Positions 1 through 10,420 of a stretch of DNA of 64,000 bases are shown here, piece after piece. Position 1 is the first letter of the stretch. Every line of letters begins with the position of its first letter. A model generated the notes under the pieces. It did no database searches. It saw only the letters and a list, made by a program, of their open reading frames with translations, and was not told the DNA's origin. The stretch comes from an uncultured Poribacteria bacterium (GTDB taxonomy: Bacteria > Poribacteria > WGA-4E > WGA-3G). Where the stretch lies: contig CATQHZ020000001.1 of the NCBI GenBank assembly GCA_958296135.2, forward strand, positions 4,352,001-4,416,000. The letters are read 5' to 3'. A program made the position numbers and the translations under genes.

Positions 1-159
1 TAAAACGGCCAAGAGTAGCCCTGTAAAATCCACCATCTGCATGGTTTCTGGCAGCGAGCCGTATTGTGAATAACGCTGGATAACGCCGATGAGCACGCCG
101 CCCAAGATGATGATAAAACCGATGAAAACGGTGATGGCTTTTTTGAACGCAGTTCCCAT
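1..159 (-). CDS. Partial membrane protein, runs off the window start
   Basis: ATG at 159 (minus) gives MGTAFKKAITVFIGFIIILGGVLIGVIQRY..., hydrophobic and open to position 1; TTGCAA/TATAAT-like promoter just upstream. Confidence 0.6.
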   Translation of the reverse strand, partial: MGTAFKKAITVFIGFIIILGGVLIGVIQRYSQYGSLPETMQMVDFTGLLLAVL

Positions 160-324
160 TTTCGTTTCAACGCACGCCCGCCCTGGATATATGCCATTAA
201 TTATAGCATATTTTCGGTTAAATTGCAAATTTATTTCCATTTAACCCAAAAATTCTTGATTTATTCAAAAAAAGATGGTAAACTAATTGGCACTGAGAAC
301 TTTTGAACGCGAAGGAGTTTTTTC

Positions 325-915
325 ATGGGCGTAACATACACTTCGGCGATTGCCGATTTTATTCAGAAATTGGAGACGGACAACCCGCTACCGCCACTCG
401 TACCGAAACAGGAAGCGAGCGCAGCGTTGACTGAATCCCTCCAAGCGATGTCCACAGACGCGCTGTTTGAAGGACAGACTGTGAAAGATACTACGTTCGG
501 CGAGGCGATTAAAAGCGGTTTGCTCCTCTGGAACGATGCCTTGGACGAATCGCACACTATCTCGCAGGAACTCGCAAACGCAACGGGGAGCTATTGGCAC
601 GGCATCATGCACCGCCGTGAACCGGACTATAGCAACGCGAAGTATTGGTTCGGACGCGTCGGCACACACGCCATTTTCCCCCAAGTTCGAGACCGGGCCC
701 TCGCGCTTTACGAGGAGGCATCGCATCCCTCGGAGGCACTCGCCAGTATCGGGCAAACTATCGCGGCGAACGAGGAATGGAACGCGCATCAGTTTATTGA
801 CTGGTGCCAAGCAGCCGAAAGCAAGATGGAATCCGATGTTGGCCGTTTCTTGAAACAGGTGCAGGCGGAAGAGATTCGGCTGTTATTGGCGTATTCCTAT
901 CGGAATGCCCTCTGA
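325..915 (+). CDS. Conserved hypothetical protein
   Basis: 196 aa ORF with AAGGAG RBS and upstream TTGATT/TAAACT; contains SHTISQ...YWHGIMHRREPDYSNAKYWF motif of an uncharacterised family. Confidence 0.8.
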   Translation: MGVTYTSAIADFIQKLETDNPLPPLVPKQEASAALTESLQAMSTDALFEGQTVKDTTFGEAIKSGLLLWNDALDESHTISQELANATGSYWHGIMHRREPDYSNAKYWFGRVGTHAIFPQVRDRALALYEEASHPSEALASIGQTIAANEEWNAHQFIDWCQAAESKMESDVGRFLKQVQAEEIRLLLAYSYRNAL

Positions 916-1044
916 TACAAATGAACCATCGGAATTTCAGGAGGCGCGCCCTCCAGGTCGCGACGCATTCAGTATCGGGACCGGGAGAACCGGCCTACCG
1001 AAAACTTTACGCGCTTTCGCTCAATAGAGCAAAGGAGATTTCAA

Positions 1045-2052
1045 ATGTTCACCCGAAATAGAACTGCCACAACAGGCACGCGCATCCTCGTATGCGCCAG
1101 TCTGTTGCTGATAGCGTTTTGCGTTAACTTCGCCGATGCCGCTTCGGTGAAGGCAGGCTACCAATATCAGGAAATCAAGGCGCTTGCTAAAAATCTCGCC
1201 TACGACAGCGAGCCCGCGGAACTTGAGAAGCTGATCGAGAAATCGCGAGCCTTTATTAAGGCGCACCCAAAATACAAACGGGTGGACGAAGTCTACTACC
1301 GCCTTGGCAACGCCTTAATTCGCCTTGAACAGACAGAGGAAGGCACCGCTGTCTTTGAAGAGCTCATTCGTGACTACCGTTCGGCGCGCTACGTTGAACG
1401 CAGTTTGCTGGAATTGGGGTTGGCTTACGACAAACTCGGAAAGCACGACAAAGCGGATGAGGTTTATGAAAAGTTGATGAACCATCCCAAGTATGGCTCC
1501 CGCGTGCAAGCCCAAATCGCAGCGAAAATCCTTGCGTTGGACACAAGCGAACGGAACGGGGAAGAGCCGAATCCTTACGGCCCGCCGGCGAGTGCGTTCG
1601 TCGGGAAACCAGCCAAGGATTTTGAGGTAATCGAGCTGAAAGGCGAGGCACTCTCGTTAGCAGACTATCGCGGGAAAGTCGTGCTACTCGATTTCTGGGC
1701 GACGTGGTGCGGGCCCTGTCTCAACGAAATGCCGCACGTCAAAAAGACGTACGCCACATACCGGGACCAGGATTTCCAGATCATCGGTATCAGTCTAGAC
1801 CGGGGCAAACCGCCGCTGGAGGCGTATCTGGCACAAGAGGAGATTGCCTGGCCGCAATATTTGGATGCAGGTGGCAAAATCGCCACCTTGTATAATGTCC
1901 GAGCGATTCCGTCTACCTTTCTGATTGATGGCGAGGGAATTGTCCGCAAGACGAACCTCCGCGGCGGCGCGCTTGAGAAAGCAGTCGCGGCATTAGTGAA
2001 GGAAAACACGGCGAAGCAGGCAGAGAAAAAAGCGGAAGCCGCTTCGCAATAA
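1045..2052 (+). CDS. Exported TPR-repeat + TlpA/ResA-type thioredoxin (redoxin) protein
   Basis: Signal peptide, TPR-like helices (YYRLGNAL, LLELGLAY), then LDFWATWCGPC CxxC and IPSTFLID cis-Pro motif. Confidence 0.9.
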   Translation: MFTRNRTATTGTRILVCASLLLIAFCVNFADAASVKAGYQYQEIKALAKNLAYDSEPAELEKLIEKSRAFIKAHPKYKRVDEVYYRLGNALIRLEQTEEGTAVFEELIRDYRSARYVERSLLELGLAYDKLGKHDKADEVYEKLMNHPKYGSRVQAQIAAKILALDTSERNGEEPNPYGPPASAFVGKPAKDFEVIELKGEALSLADYRGKVVLLDFWATWCGPCLNEMPHVKKTYATYRDQDFQIIGISLDRGKPPLEAYLAQEEIAWPQYLDAGGKIATLYNVRAIPSTFLIDGEGIVRKTNLRGGALEKAVAALVKENTAKQAEKKAEAASQ

Positions 2053-2272
2053 CGTGCCCTTTCACCCCGTTGAACCGGTAGGGCGGGGGCTCGCGAGGGA
2101 ACCCTCGGCGATTCGCGCTCGCCGGGTTTTCCCTCGCGCTACGGGGTGAGTGACATTTTTTCTCCCATAGGGCCGGGGGGTATTTCCTTCGTTTTTTGGC
2201 CCTCGCCGTATCGTTTAACCTATAACCGATTGCCGCCAAGGCTTTCAAGATTATCGCATATAAGGAGGAACT

Positions 2273-3355
2273 ATGGCACATGTCACCTTAAAGGATGTCA
2301 CTAAAATTTACGATGGCGATGTCCTCGCCGTTGAAAAAGCAGATTTTCAGATTCCTGATGAATGCTTCACCGTGCTTGTCGGCCCATCGGGATGCGGCAA
2401 ATCGACGATTTTGCGGATGATCGCCGGGCTGGAAGAGATAACCCAAGGTGACATTTATATTGATGGAGAACGCATCAACGATATGCCGCCGAAGGATAGG
2501 GATATCGCCATGGTCTTCCAGAATTACGCGCTCTACCCGCACATGTCCGTCTATAAAAATATGGCGTTCGGGTTGAAACTGCGAAAGTATCCGAAAGCGG
2601 AAATCGAACAGCGAGTTCGAGAGGCAGCGGAAATTCTGAGCATCTCGCACCTGTTGGCGCGGAAGCCGAAGCATCTCTCCGGCGGCGAACGGCAGCGCGT
2701 CGCTGTCGGCCGCGCAATAGTCCGACATCCAAAGGTGTTTCTATTCGATGAACCGTTGAGTAACCTCGATGCAAAACTGCGCGTGCAAATGCGAATGGAA
2801 ATCAGCCGACTGCACGACAGGCTCAACGCCACCATCGTCTATGTCACGCACGACCAGGTTGAAGCGATGACGATGGGGGACCAGATTGTCGTCCTCAACG
2901 AAGGGAAAATCCAGCAGATTGCCGACCCGGGCACGCTGTATCATAACCCAGCGAATCAGTTTGTGGGCGGCTTCATCGGCACGCCGCCGATGAATTTTAT
3001 TCAGACCGGCATTCGCCGCGAAACACTCCAATTTGAAGAATTTGAAGTGCTGTTGACTGCCCGTCTCCAGGAAAAGTTGCAAGATTTTTCGAGAGATGCG
3101 GTGACACTCGGCATCCGTCCGGAGGACATCCAGGTCGGCGATGCATCGAAGAATACCGTGACAACGCGGGTGGAGTTAGTGGAGCCGCTCGGCAACCATG
3201 TGCTTTTGTATCTCCGAGCGGGGGAGAGTCATTTCATCGTGCAATCCGACGGTGTCACTATTCCGAGGCACGACGCACTGCTGAATGTCCATTTTAACAT
3301 GGACAAAGCGCATCTGTTTCATCCGGAGACAGGTGAATCGTTAACCGCCGTTTAG
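2273..3355 (+). CDS. Carbohydrate ABC transporter ATP-binding subunit (MalK/UgpC/MsmX type)
   Basis: Walker A GPSGCGKST, LSGGERQRVA signature, LFDEPLSNLD Walker B, C-terminal TOBE-like region. Confidence 0.95.
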   Translation: MAHVTLKDVTKIYDGDVLAVEKADFQIPDECFTVLVGPSGCGKSTILRMIAGLEEITQGDIYIDGERINDMPPKDRDIAMVFQNYALYPHMSVYKNMAFGLKLRKYPKAEIEQRVREAAEILSISHLLARKPKHLSGGERQRVAVGRAIVRHPKVFLFDEPLSNLDAKLRVQMRMEISRLHDRLNATIVYVTHDQVEAMTMGDQIVVLNEGKIQQIADPGTLYHNPANQFVGGFIGTPPMNFIQTGIRRETLQFEEFEVLLTARLQEKLQDFSRDAVTLGIRPEDIQVGDASKNTVTTRVELVEPLGNHVLLYLRAGESHFIVQSDGVTIPRHDALLNVHFNMDKAHLFHPETGESLTAV

Positions 3356-3364
3356 CCACCGGGG

Positions 3365-3393
3365 CGCCCTTTCTTCCCGTAGGGCGTTTTTTT
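3365..3393 (+). terminator. Probable intrinsic terminator of the ABC ATPase gene
   Basis: CGCCCT...AGGGCG stem followed by a T run, 10 nt after the stop. Confidence 0.6.
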
Positions 3394-3397
3394 CGTC

Positions 3398-3640
3398 CGT
3401 AGTGCTGGGGCCCGGCGAGCGCGAATCGCCGAGGGTTTGCCTCGCGATCGTTCACGCGACAAGAAAGGCCCCTTTTACCGTAGCGCGAAGACCTGTCCCT
3501 CGCGCTCTCCCGATCGACAAGAAAGGCCCCTTTACCGTAGCGCGAGGGCCTGTCCCTCGCGATCGTTCACGCGACAAGAAAGGCCCCTTTTACCGTAGCG
3601 CGAGGGACAGGCGAGCGCGAATCGCCGAGGGTTTCCTCCG
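3398..3640. repeat. Cluster of GTAG-type REP-like palindromes (about 58-60 bp units)
   Basis: Three copies of CGACAAGAAAGGCCCCTTT(T)ACCGTAGCGCGA(G/A)G.. plus two GGCGAGCGCGAATCGCCGAGGGT modules. Confidence 0.85.
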
Positions 3641-3653
3641 CCGTGCCGCGCTC

Positions 3654-4610
3654 TCACAATTCCTGAAGCTGCTGCCACGTTTCCTCGTCTATCGGGATGC
3701 CTTCTTTTTCTCGCTTGCGTTGCTCCTGAAACCCGCGTTCTCCCGGCACCCGAATGTCTGCGCACTTTTCCGATTTAAGATACGCGACGAACCGTGCTAT
3801 CTCCTCGCTGAAGCCGGGAAATCCGCGAAAATTGGCGATGTTGAGCACCATGACAAACAAACCGTTCCCCACGCGTGCGTCTTCGCCGCGGCTGCACCCT
3901 GCCCCCGTCAATGCGCCCGCGAGAATGTCAACAATCACGCTGAGCCCGAAGCCTTTGTAACCACCGAACGGCAAGAGAACCTCGCTGTCCGCATTCACGC
4001 GCCATTCAGGCGGAAGTGCCTCTCCACGATACTGTTTGAGACGCATCTTCCCCGAGGCCACAACGCTGGTAGCCATATCTAACACAATCGGTTCTTGATT
4101 TTTTATTGGCACAGCGCAGGCGAGGGGGTTAGTAGAGAGTCTACCTTCCGTGCCGCCGTACGGTGCAACGCAAGTACCGCCACCGTGGTCATTCGCCATA
4201 AGCAGGCCGAGCATCTCGGCATCTGCGGCGAGGCAGGCGTATCCACCTAACCTGCCGCTCTCGTTGCATCGCGAAACTGCGACGGTGCTGATGTCGGTGT
4301 GGCGTGCCTTCTGAATTGCGATTTCAACGGCGCGCGTCGCAATGACAGGACCGAAACCCCAATGCCCGTCTAGCACGGCGATTGATGCGGATTCTTTCAC
4401 CGTGTCAAGCGGAGCACCAGGCTGAATAAGTCCGGCTTCCAGTTCCCGCACATATTTCGGCAGATGGATGACTCCGTGTGAATCGTGTCCGACACGATTT
4501 GCGTCCACCATAGAGCGGGTGACGATTGTGGCTTCCGCTGCCGGCACATCCCATTTTTGGAAGACATTGAGACAGAGTTGCGTCAGTTTTTTTGCGGTAA
4601 GGTTTGGCAT
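3654..4610 (-). CDS. Ldh_2 family (malate/L-lactate/ureidoglycolate-type) oxidoreductase
   Basis: GHDSHG, DGHWGFG, STNPLA, LDMATS, GGYKGFGL and RVPGER motifs. Confidence 0.93.
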   Translation of the reverse strand: MPNLTAKKLTQLCLNVFQKWDVPAAEATIVTRSMVDANRVGHDSHGVIHLPKYVRELEAGLIQPGAPLDTVKESASIAVLDGHWGFGPVIATRAVEIAIQKARHTDISTVAVSRCNESGRLGGYACLAADAEMLGLLMANDHGGGTCVAPYGGTEGRLSTNPLACAVPIKNQEPIVLDMATSVVASGKMRLKQYRGEALPPEWRVNADSEVLLPFGGYKGFGLSVIVDILAGALTGAGCSRGEDARVGNGLFVMVLNIANFRGFPGFSEEIARFVAYLKSEKCADIRVPGERGFQEQRKREKEGIPIDEETWQQLQEL

Positions 4611-4689
4611 TGTGTTGCTCCTAAATGTGAGATGCTAATATTTTATGTGGGGCGGGATTGGTTGTCAAGTGCAAAGACTACCCCTTTCA

Positions 4690-5432
4690 CCGTACGGCCC
4701 CTTTTCACCGTAGCGCGAGGGCCGTTACGCCGAAACGTTGTCATCTCTGCAGCCTCGCTGCAGAGATGTCCACTGTCCCTCGCGAGCGTTCACGCGACAA
4801 GAAAGGCCCCTTTTACCGTAGCGCGAGGGCCTGTCCCTCGCGAAGCCCAGACCCACGAAAAACAGCCCCGCAACCCCGGACACCATCTTCTCCGCAGATC
4901 GGTGCATGGCGCAGCACAGGACCGCGCCCTACGGACGAAGGGGCCTTTCAACCGCAGCGCGGCGGCCTGTCAGCCGCGAGCGTTATCGTTTCTCCGATGC
5001 ATGGCGAGGGACAGGCCCTCGCCCTACGGACGAAGGGGCCTTTCAACCGTAGCGCGGCGACCTGTCAGCCGCGAGCGTTCGCGCAAGGCACGGCGCAGCA
5101 CAGGACCGCGCCCTACGGACGAAGGGGCCTCTTAACCGCAGCGCGGCGGCCTGTCAGCCGCGAGCGTTATCGTTTCTCCGATGCACGGCGCGGCACAGGA
5201 CCGCGCCCTACGGACGAAGGGGCCTTTTCACCGTAGCGCGGCGGCCTGTCAGCCGCGAGCGTTATCGTTTCTCCGATGCATGGCGCAGCACAGGACCGCG
5301 CCCTACGGATGAAGGGGCCTTTTCACCGTAGCGCGGCGGCCTGTCAGCCGCGAGCGTTCGCGCAAGGCATGGCGCAGCACAGGACCGCGCCCTACGGCAG
5401 CCACCAGCCCTGTCCCTCGCGAGCGTTCGCGC
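4690..5432. repeat. BIME-like tandem array of inverted REP doublets (about 5.5 units of 89-96 bp at 4904-5400) plus flanking REPs
   Basis: Unit GCAYGGCGCAGCACAGGACCGCGCCCTACGGACGAAGGGGCCTTTCAACCGYAGCGCGGCGGCCTGTCAGCCGCGAGCGTT starts at about 4904, 4999, 5088, 5183, 5278, 5367 with two linker variants. Confidence 0.9.
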
Positions 5433-5499
5433 ACGGAAAAAGATTGACATTCCGCCGAAATTCAGGTATACTATCATAAATCTTTAACAGGAATGGCTT

Positions 5500-7107
5500 A
5501 TGAACTCACCACATCGCCCGAATATTCTTTGGATTTCATTAGAGGATACAACCCCACGCTTCGGTTGTTATGGGGATGCAGTCGCACGCACGCCGAATAT
5601 CGACACACTTGCCAGCGGCGGATGCCGGTTCCCGAATGCGTTCTCCACCGCCGGAGTCTGCGCGCCGAGCCGCTCGGCGATCATCACCGGGATGTACCAG
5701 ACCTCCATCGGCACGCATCACATGCGCACGACGCACACGAACCAGAACACGCCCGACATGCCGACTCCGTATGCCGCCGTGCCGCCGCCTTATGTCAAGA
5801 CGTTCACGGAATATCTACGCGGCGCAGGCTATTATTGCACGAACAACAGCAAAACCGATTATCAGTTCACGCCGCCAAGCACGGCGTGGGACGACTGCAG
5901 CAACACGGGACACTGGCGGAATCGGGAGGCGGGACAACCGTTCTTTTCTGTCTTCAACCCTACCGTCACGCACGAAAGTGGGATGTGGGAGCGCGAAAAT
6001 GGCCGGCCCTTAACGACAAATCCTGATGACGTGCAATTACCGCCCTACCTGCCGAATACACCGAAATCGCGCGAGGCATTGGCCCGCCACTACGATAACC
6101 TCGCCACTGCCGATGCACGCGTCGGGGAACTCTTAACTCAGTTGGAAGAAGACGGACTCGCCGACAATACCATCGTCTTCCTCTGGAGTGACCACGGTGA
6201 AGGGCTCCCGCGCGGAAAGCGTTGGCCCTATGATGCAGGCATTCGGATTCCGCTGATTGTGCGCTGGCCCGGTGAAATGTCGCCTGACAGCGTCAGTGAA
6301 CAACTCGTGAGTCTCATCGATCTGGGGCCGACAGTGTTATCGTTGTGTGGCGTGGAAGCACCGGCGCATCTACAAGGACAACCCTTCCTCGGCCCACAAG
6401 CGGTGGAACGGAACTATATCTTCGCCACCCGCGACCGTTACGATGAGTCTTACGACAGGGTGCGCGCCGTGCGCGATAAACGCTATAAATACATCAGGAA
6501 TTATTACCCCGAAAAGCCCTATCTGCTCTGGATCCCGTATCGCAACCGGCACCCAGTGATGCAGGAAATGTGGCGGCTCTACGCCGAAGGCACATTGGAC
6601 GGAGACCCGGCGGTGATGTTCCAGTATCCCCGGCCCGCTGAGGAACTTTACAACGTTGAGAACGACCGGTATGAGCTCAACAACTTAGCATCGGAGCCCG
6701 GGCATCGCGATGTACTGGAACGGATGCGCGGCGCGCTAGCACAGTGGCAAGCCGATTTCGGCGACATGGGGGACATCCCCGAAGAACAGATGGTCGCGAG
6801 GTGGTATCCCGATGGAAAACAACCGCAAACTGCCGCGCCAATTTTCATTCCGATTAACGCAGCGAACCCCGGCATGGAGGTGGCAGCGTCGGGTGGGCAA
6901 TGGGCGGCACCGCTGCTATTGCAACTTCACTGCGCCACGCAGGGCGCGTCTATTGCGTGGACGATGGAGCCGGGTGAAGATGCGCGCTGGCTGTTGTATA
7001 CGGAGCCGTTGCGGATGCCGAGAGGCGAGACCACGGTGCGCGCCAAGGCGGTCCGCATCGGTTATCAGGAGAGTGATGAGCGAGTGATGGCGGTGGAGGT
7101 TGCGTAG
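5500..7107 (+). CDS. Formylglycine-dependent sulfatase with small C-terminal beta-sandwich domain
   Basis: NILWISLED, CAPSRSAIITG (CxPxR), WSDHG, SLIDLGPT; TTGACA-17-TATACT promoter upstream. Confidence 0.95.
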   Translation: MNSPHRPNILWISLEDTTPRFGCYGDAVARTPNIDTLASGGCRFPNAFSTAGVCAPSRSAIITGMYQTSIGTHHMRTTHTNQNTPDMPTPYAAVPPPYVKTFTEYLRGAGYYCTNNSKTDYQFTPPSTAWDDCSNTGHWRNREAGQPFFSVFNPTVTHESGMWERENGRPLTTNPDDVQLPPYLPNTPKSREALARHYDNLATADARVGELLTQLEEDGLADNTIVFLWSDHGEGLPRGKRWPYDAGIRIPLIVRWPGEMSPDSVSEQLVSLIDLGPTVLSLCGVEAPAHLQGQPFLGPQAVERNYIFATRDRYDESYDRVRAVRDKRYKYIRNYYPEKPYLLWIPYRNRHPVMQEMWRLYAEGTLDGDPAVMFQYPRPAEELYNVENDRYELNNLASEPGHRDVLERMRGALAQWQADFGDMGDIPEEQMVARWYPDGKQPQTAAPIFIPINAANPGMEVAASGGQWAAPLLLQLHCATQGASIAWTMEPGEDARWLLYTEPLRMPRGETTVRAKAVRIGYQESDERVMAVEVA

Positions 7108-7129
7108 CGCGAGGCCCTGTCCCTCGCGT

Positions 7130-8161
7130 CCCCTCTTTTGTGAGTATCTCTATCTTCGCACGAAGCAGCCCGCGGGGTTACAAACCTCGCCTGCCGATAA
7201 AAAATGGGGTTGGCTCAGTTTCGCGCTCATCGGCATCGGGATTTTGACTGCCATCGCGCAACTCAAGCCGCCGCCGAATACCGGATTCGCCATCGATTGG
7301 AAATTTGACTACGAAACAGAGCACTTCTTCAAAGTGCTGAAGCTCATCTCGCGCGCATATCTGCCTATCCCGAAGCCAACGCGCCACTTTTGGAATTCGC
7401 AGCAACTTGAGGCATACCCGCTCTTCCAAACCCTCCAGATGCCGCTCTGTTTTCTCCTCATTCTCTTCGGCGTCGGGTTGACATGTAAACGCCCTACCGC
7501 CTTGCTCATCTATCTCACCGCAACACTCGGACTGCTCGCGTTTTTCTATGTCAAGTATTACGGCAGCATCCGTCACCACGGATTCCTATTCCTGACATTT
7601 CTGACGGTTGCGTGGATTTATCGGGAGTGTCCGGAGATAGGGACAGATGCACAGTTGAAAACCGCGCCTACCGACAGCGAGGAAACGCGTCCGGCACGCG
7701 CGTTCAGCATCATCCTCACCCTCATCCTCGGCTGCCATTTTATGGGTGGTGTCATCGCCGTTAGCATGGATACCCGACATATTTTCTCTTGCGGCAAACA
7801 GACAGCTGAATATATCAAGGCACAAGGGATGCAGGAGATGCCGATGGTAGGCGACACAGATTTCGCCGCTAGCACCATCGTCGGGTATTTAGAGAAAGCG
7901 GTTATTTACTATCCGCGCGGAAGGCGGTTCGGTTCATTTATCCGTTGGGACAGCGCGCGCACTACGGATGTTCCCGACGCGGCTGTCATTGAAGCGGCAA
8001 AAGTGTTAAGCACGCAGACTTCACAACCGGTGCTGATTATCCTGAACCGCGCCGTGAGCGCGCAGCTGCAGGAACGGTATCGTCTCATCAACGTGGCACA
8101 TTTTACCGGTTCTACCATCAGCGACGAAGAATTCTCCCTTTATCAAATGCCCGCGCACTAA
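7130..8161 (+). pseudogene. 5'-truncated multi-pass membrane protein (possibly GT-C-like)
   Basis: Open frame with several TM segments and RHHGFLF motif, but no credible start or RBS; it begins right after the REP at 7104-7128. Confidence 0.5.
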
Positions 8162-8215
8162 AAAAGCGACAATTTTCCGTTAAATTCAAAAAAAGTCATT
8201 TTTTTCGTTTTTTAT

Positions 8216-8255
8216 GGTACCTTTTGCGCGAAATTCACGTCTAACGTGTTAAAAG
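8216..8255 (+). promoter_or_regulatory. ECF-sigma-type promoter (GGTACC-N16-CGTCTAA)
   Basis: GGTACCTTTTGcgcgAAATtcACGTCTAACGTGTTAAAAG is nearly identical to the motif upstream of the ECF sigma gene (20617-20656, minus). Confidence 0.75.
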
Positions 8256-8398
8256 CAGGTATATCCAAAAAAGTTGGGCCATTTCTCCGAAAATGCCCTA
8301 CAATGAGGAGATATAATGATGCTGAGCAACATTGGCGATGGATTTTTCCGCATGTCAACAGTCTCTCTTTTAGAGGGAGGCAAACGGAGGAAATCAAA

Positions 8399-8887
8399 AT
8401 GAAAACGGCAGTGAAATGCCTAACGCTCATCGGGATACTTGCGCTGTTCAGCCTTGTTATCACCGATATTGCTCCCACGGATCACCCGCCCTCAAGGCAG
8501 GAATCTCGCTGGGTAGGCAACGTCTACGGTTCGGTTGAGATATGGGGGCTCAGTTGGAATCACCCCCGTACAAGCACCTCGCACCACGTCTCTGTCTCTA
8601 ACGAGAGCGACTTCAACGCGAGTTACCTTTACGAGTTTAAGCATTCAATCCTTGAAGGCGGGGGACATGAGATAAAGATGCCTAACCCACCGGTGGAGGT
8701 AACGCTTAAGCCCGATGAGGACGCTGTCTTCATGAAGACAGCGAGTCTCGGATTTACCAATCTCAACAATCTTGGGATCGAGCCTAACGGCATGTTTACA
8801 GTCTCTGCTTACAGCCGCGTCGAGATTCACGCAAGGGGTGCCCGCGGTGGCTGGAAAGTGACACTTAAGCATAGGTTCAACGAATAA
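8399..8887 (+). CDS. Small secreted beta-rich hypothetical protein
   Basis: GGAGG RBS before ATG 8399; MKTAVKCLTLIGILALFSL signal-like N-terminus. Confidence 0.75.
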   Translation: MKTAVKCLTLIGILALFSLVITDIAPTDHPPSRQESRWVGNVYGSVEIWGLSWNHPRTSTSHHVSVSNESDFNASYLYEFKHSILEGGGHEIKMPNPPVEVTLKPDEDAVFMKTASLGFTNLNNLGIEPNGMFTVSAYSRVEIHARGARGGWKVTLKHRFNE

Positions 8888-8975
8888 GGCGGCTTCAGCC
8901 ACCGCATCCGCGTTGCCTGTCACGCTGAGGGGGTGACAGGCAACGGCGCCGCTCTTAAGAGCAGGAGAAATACCC

Positions 8976-10064
8976 ATGAACAGACACAAAATCGGCAGCG
9001 TTTGGCGATACGCCGCCGCGCTCTGCCTCCTCTGCTTATGCGTTCACCGGCCCACGGTTGCAGACATCGTCTTCACCTCCAACCGCGATGGACAACTAGC
9101 GTCGCTTGACAACGAAATCTACATCATGAACGATGAGGGCAGCAACGTCCGCCGGATAACATACGATGGACACCGGAAAAGACTCGTACGGTGGTCTCCC
9201 GATGGCAGGCACCTCCTGTTTTCCATGGATTTAGCCCCCGTCACTCCCGGCGAGGAGAAACAGAATGACATCTTCCTGATGCATCTGGGCAGGCACCGGG
9301 TGCAGACACTCATCGAACATCCGGCGCTAGATGGCCAGGTGGCTTGGGCCCCCGATGGCCAGCGCATTGCCTTTTCAAGCACGCGGAACGGCCTATTGGA
9401 AATCTATGTGCTGCATCTCAATAGCGGGGCACTCCAGCAACTGACGCACAGCGAGGCCGAAGTCCGTGGATACGCAATGGCACCGGACTGGGCGCCCAAT
9501 GGCCGCGAGATTGCCTACGAACTCGCGTTGCCCGGGCAAGGCCGGCACATCTACATCATGGATGCGGATGGAAAACGGAATCGGCCCCTCGTCAAGCAAG
9601 CACCCCTTATCCTAGGGACAACCTTGATGAACTTCAGTCCACGCTGGGCACCGGACGGTGAACGTATTCTCTATCGCGCGGTGACGTCCGTACTAGAAGG
9701 AAACACCTTTCGATTGGCTTCAGCACGTTTCATCATTCGCGACAGACAGGGTGCCACCCCCCGAGCCCTTGACACCCCAGACACTTGGCGACTCAACGCA
9801 GCGTGCTGGGCTGAGGAGGGAGCGGTGATTCTTTTTGCTGCATCCGAAACTGACTCCTTGATGGACACAGTTAGGCCGCCTTACGATATCTATCGCTATG
9901 AACTTGCCAGTCGACAGATTACCAACCTCACTAACCATCCTAGTGAGGATTGGGCGGCGGACTGGACAGCTCACAGTCTTCCTGTTTCCACTACGGGGAA
10001 ACTCACCACGCAATGGAGCCAGATAAAGGCCGGCAAGTCGTCAAGCGGCCATCCCCCTTTTTAG
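8976..10064 (+). CDS. Secreted TolB-like (PD40 repeat) beta-propeller with C-terminal GKLTTxW motif
   Basis: Signal peptide, IVFTSNRDG, repeated W(S/A)PDG blades, ends LPVSTTGKLTTQWSQIK. Confidence 0.9.
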   Translation: MNRHKIGSVWRYAAALCLLCLCVHRPTVADIVFTSNRDGQLASLDNEIYIMNDEGSNVRRITYDGHRKRLVRWSPDGRHLLFSMDLAPVTPGEEKQNDIFLMHLGRHRVQTLIEHPALDGQVAWAPDGQRIAFSSTRNGLLEIYVLHLNSGALQQLTHSEAEVRGYAMAPDWAPNGREIAYELALPGQGRHIYIMDADGKRNRPLVKQAPLILGTTLMNFSPRWAPDGERILYRAVTSVLEGNTFRLASARFIIRDRQGATPRALDTPDTWRLNAACWAEEGAVILFAASETDSLMDTVRPPYDIYRYELASRQITNLTNHPSEDWAADWTAHSLPVSTTGKLTTQWSQIKAGKSSSGHPPF

Positions 10065-10227
10065 CCGCTGCATCCCTTGGCGTGCGAGATGCTACGTAGA
10101 TTGGGGTTTTAGGTTACGGACGCGCTTTCAGTGAACGGGTGTCAGCCGGCGCGAACGCCCGTTCATTCTAATAGGAGAATAGAAACCATGAACATCAAAC
10201 CCATACATGCCATCGACATTCTCGTGA

Positions 10228-10420
10228 TATAGGCGCACCAGCTCCTTGGAAACAGCGTCACGAACCTCTTTACGAAGGGCACGACGCAACACCACATCCA
10301 CCTTGCACCCGAACTTATCATCCAAGAAATCCCCAAGTCTGACAAGATGGAACAGACTAGCACCGGCATCGAAATCTACCAACAGAGCCAAGTCGCTCGC
10401 CGCACTACGGCGACGGACGT
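10228..10420 (-). pseudogene. Degenerate minimal nucleotidyltransferase (MNT antitoxin-type) remnant
   Basis: SDLALLVDFDAGASLFHLVRLGDFLDDKFGCKVDVV..ALRKEVRDAVSKE resembles an MNT C-terminal half; no GS motif, DxD altered, no start, no HEPN partner. Confidence 0.7.

Noticed and set aside
4904-5400. Possible second CRISPR array
   Set aside because: The sequences between repeats are themselves repeated, and the units are inverted REP doublets.
3402-5479. ORFs 3402-4082, 4485-5135, 4658-5236 and similar
   Set aside because: Translations of REP tandem repeats or the antisense of the Ldh_2 gene; no RBS, repetitive low-complexity peptides.
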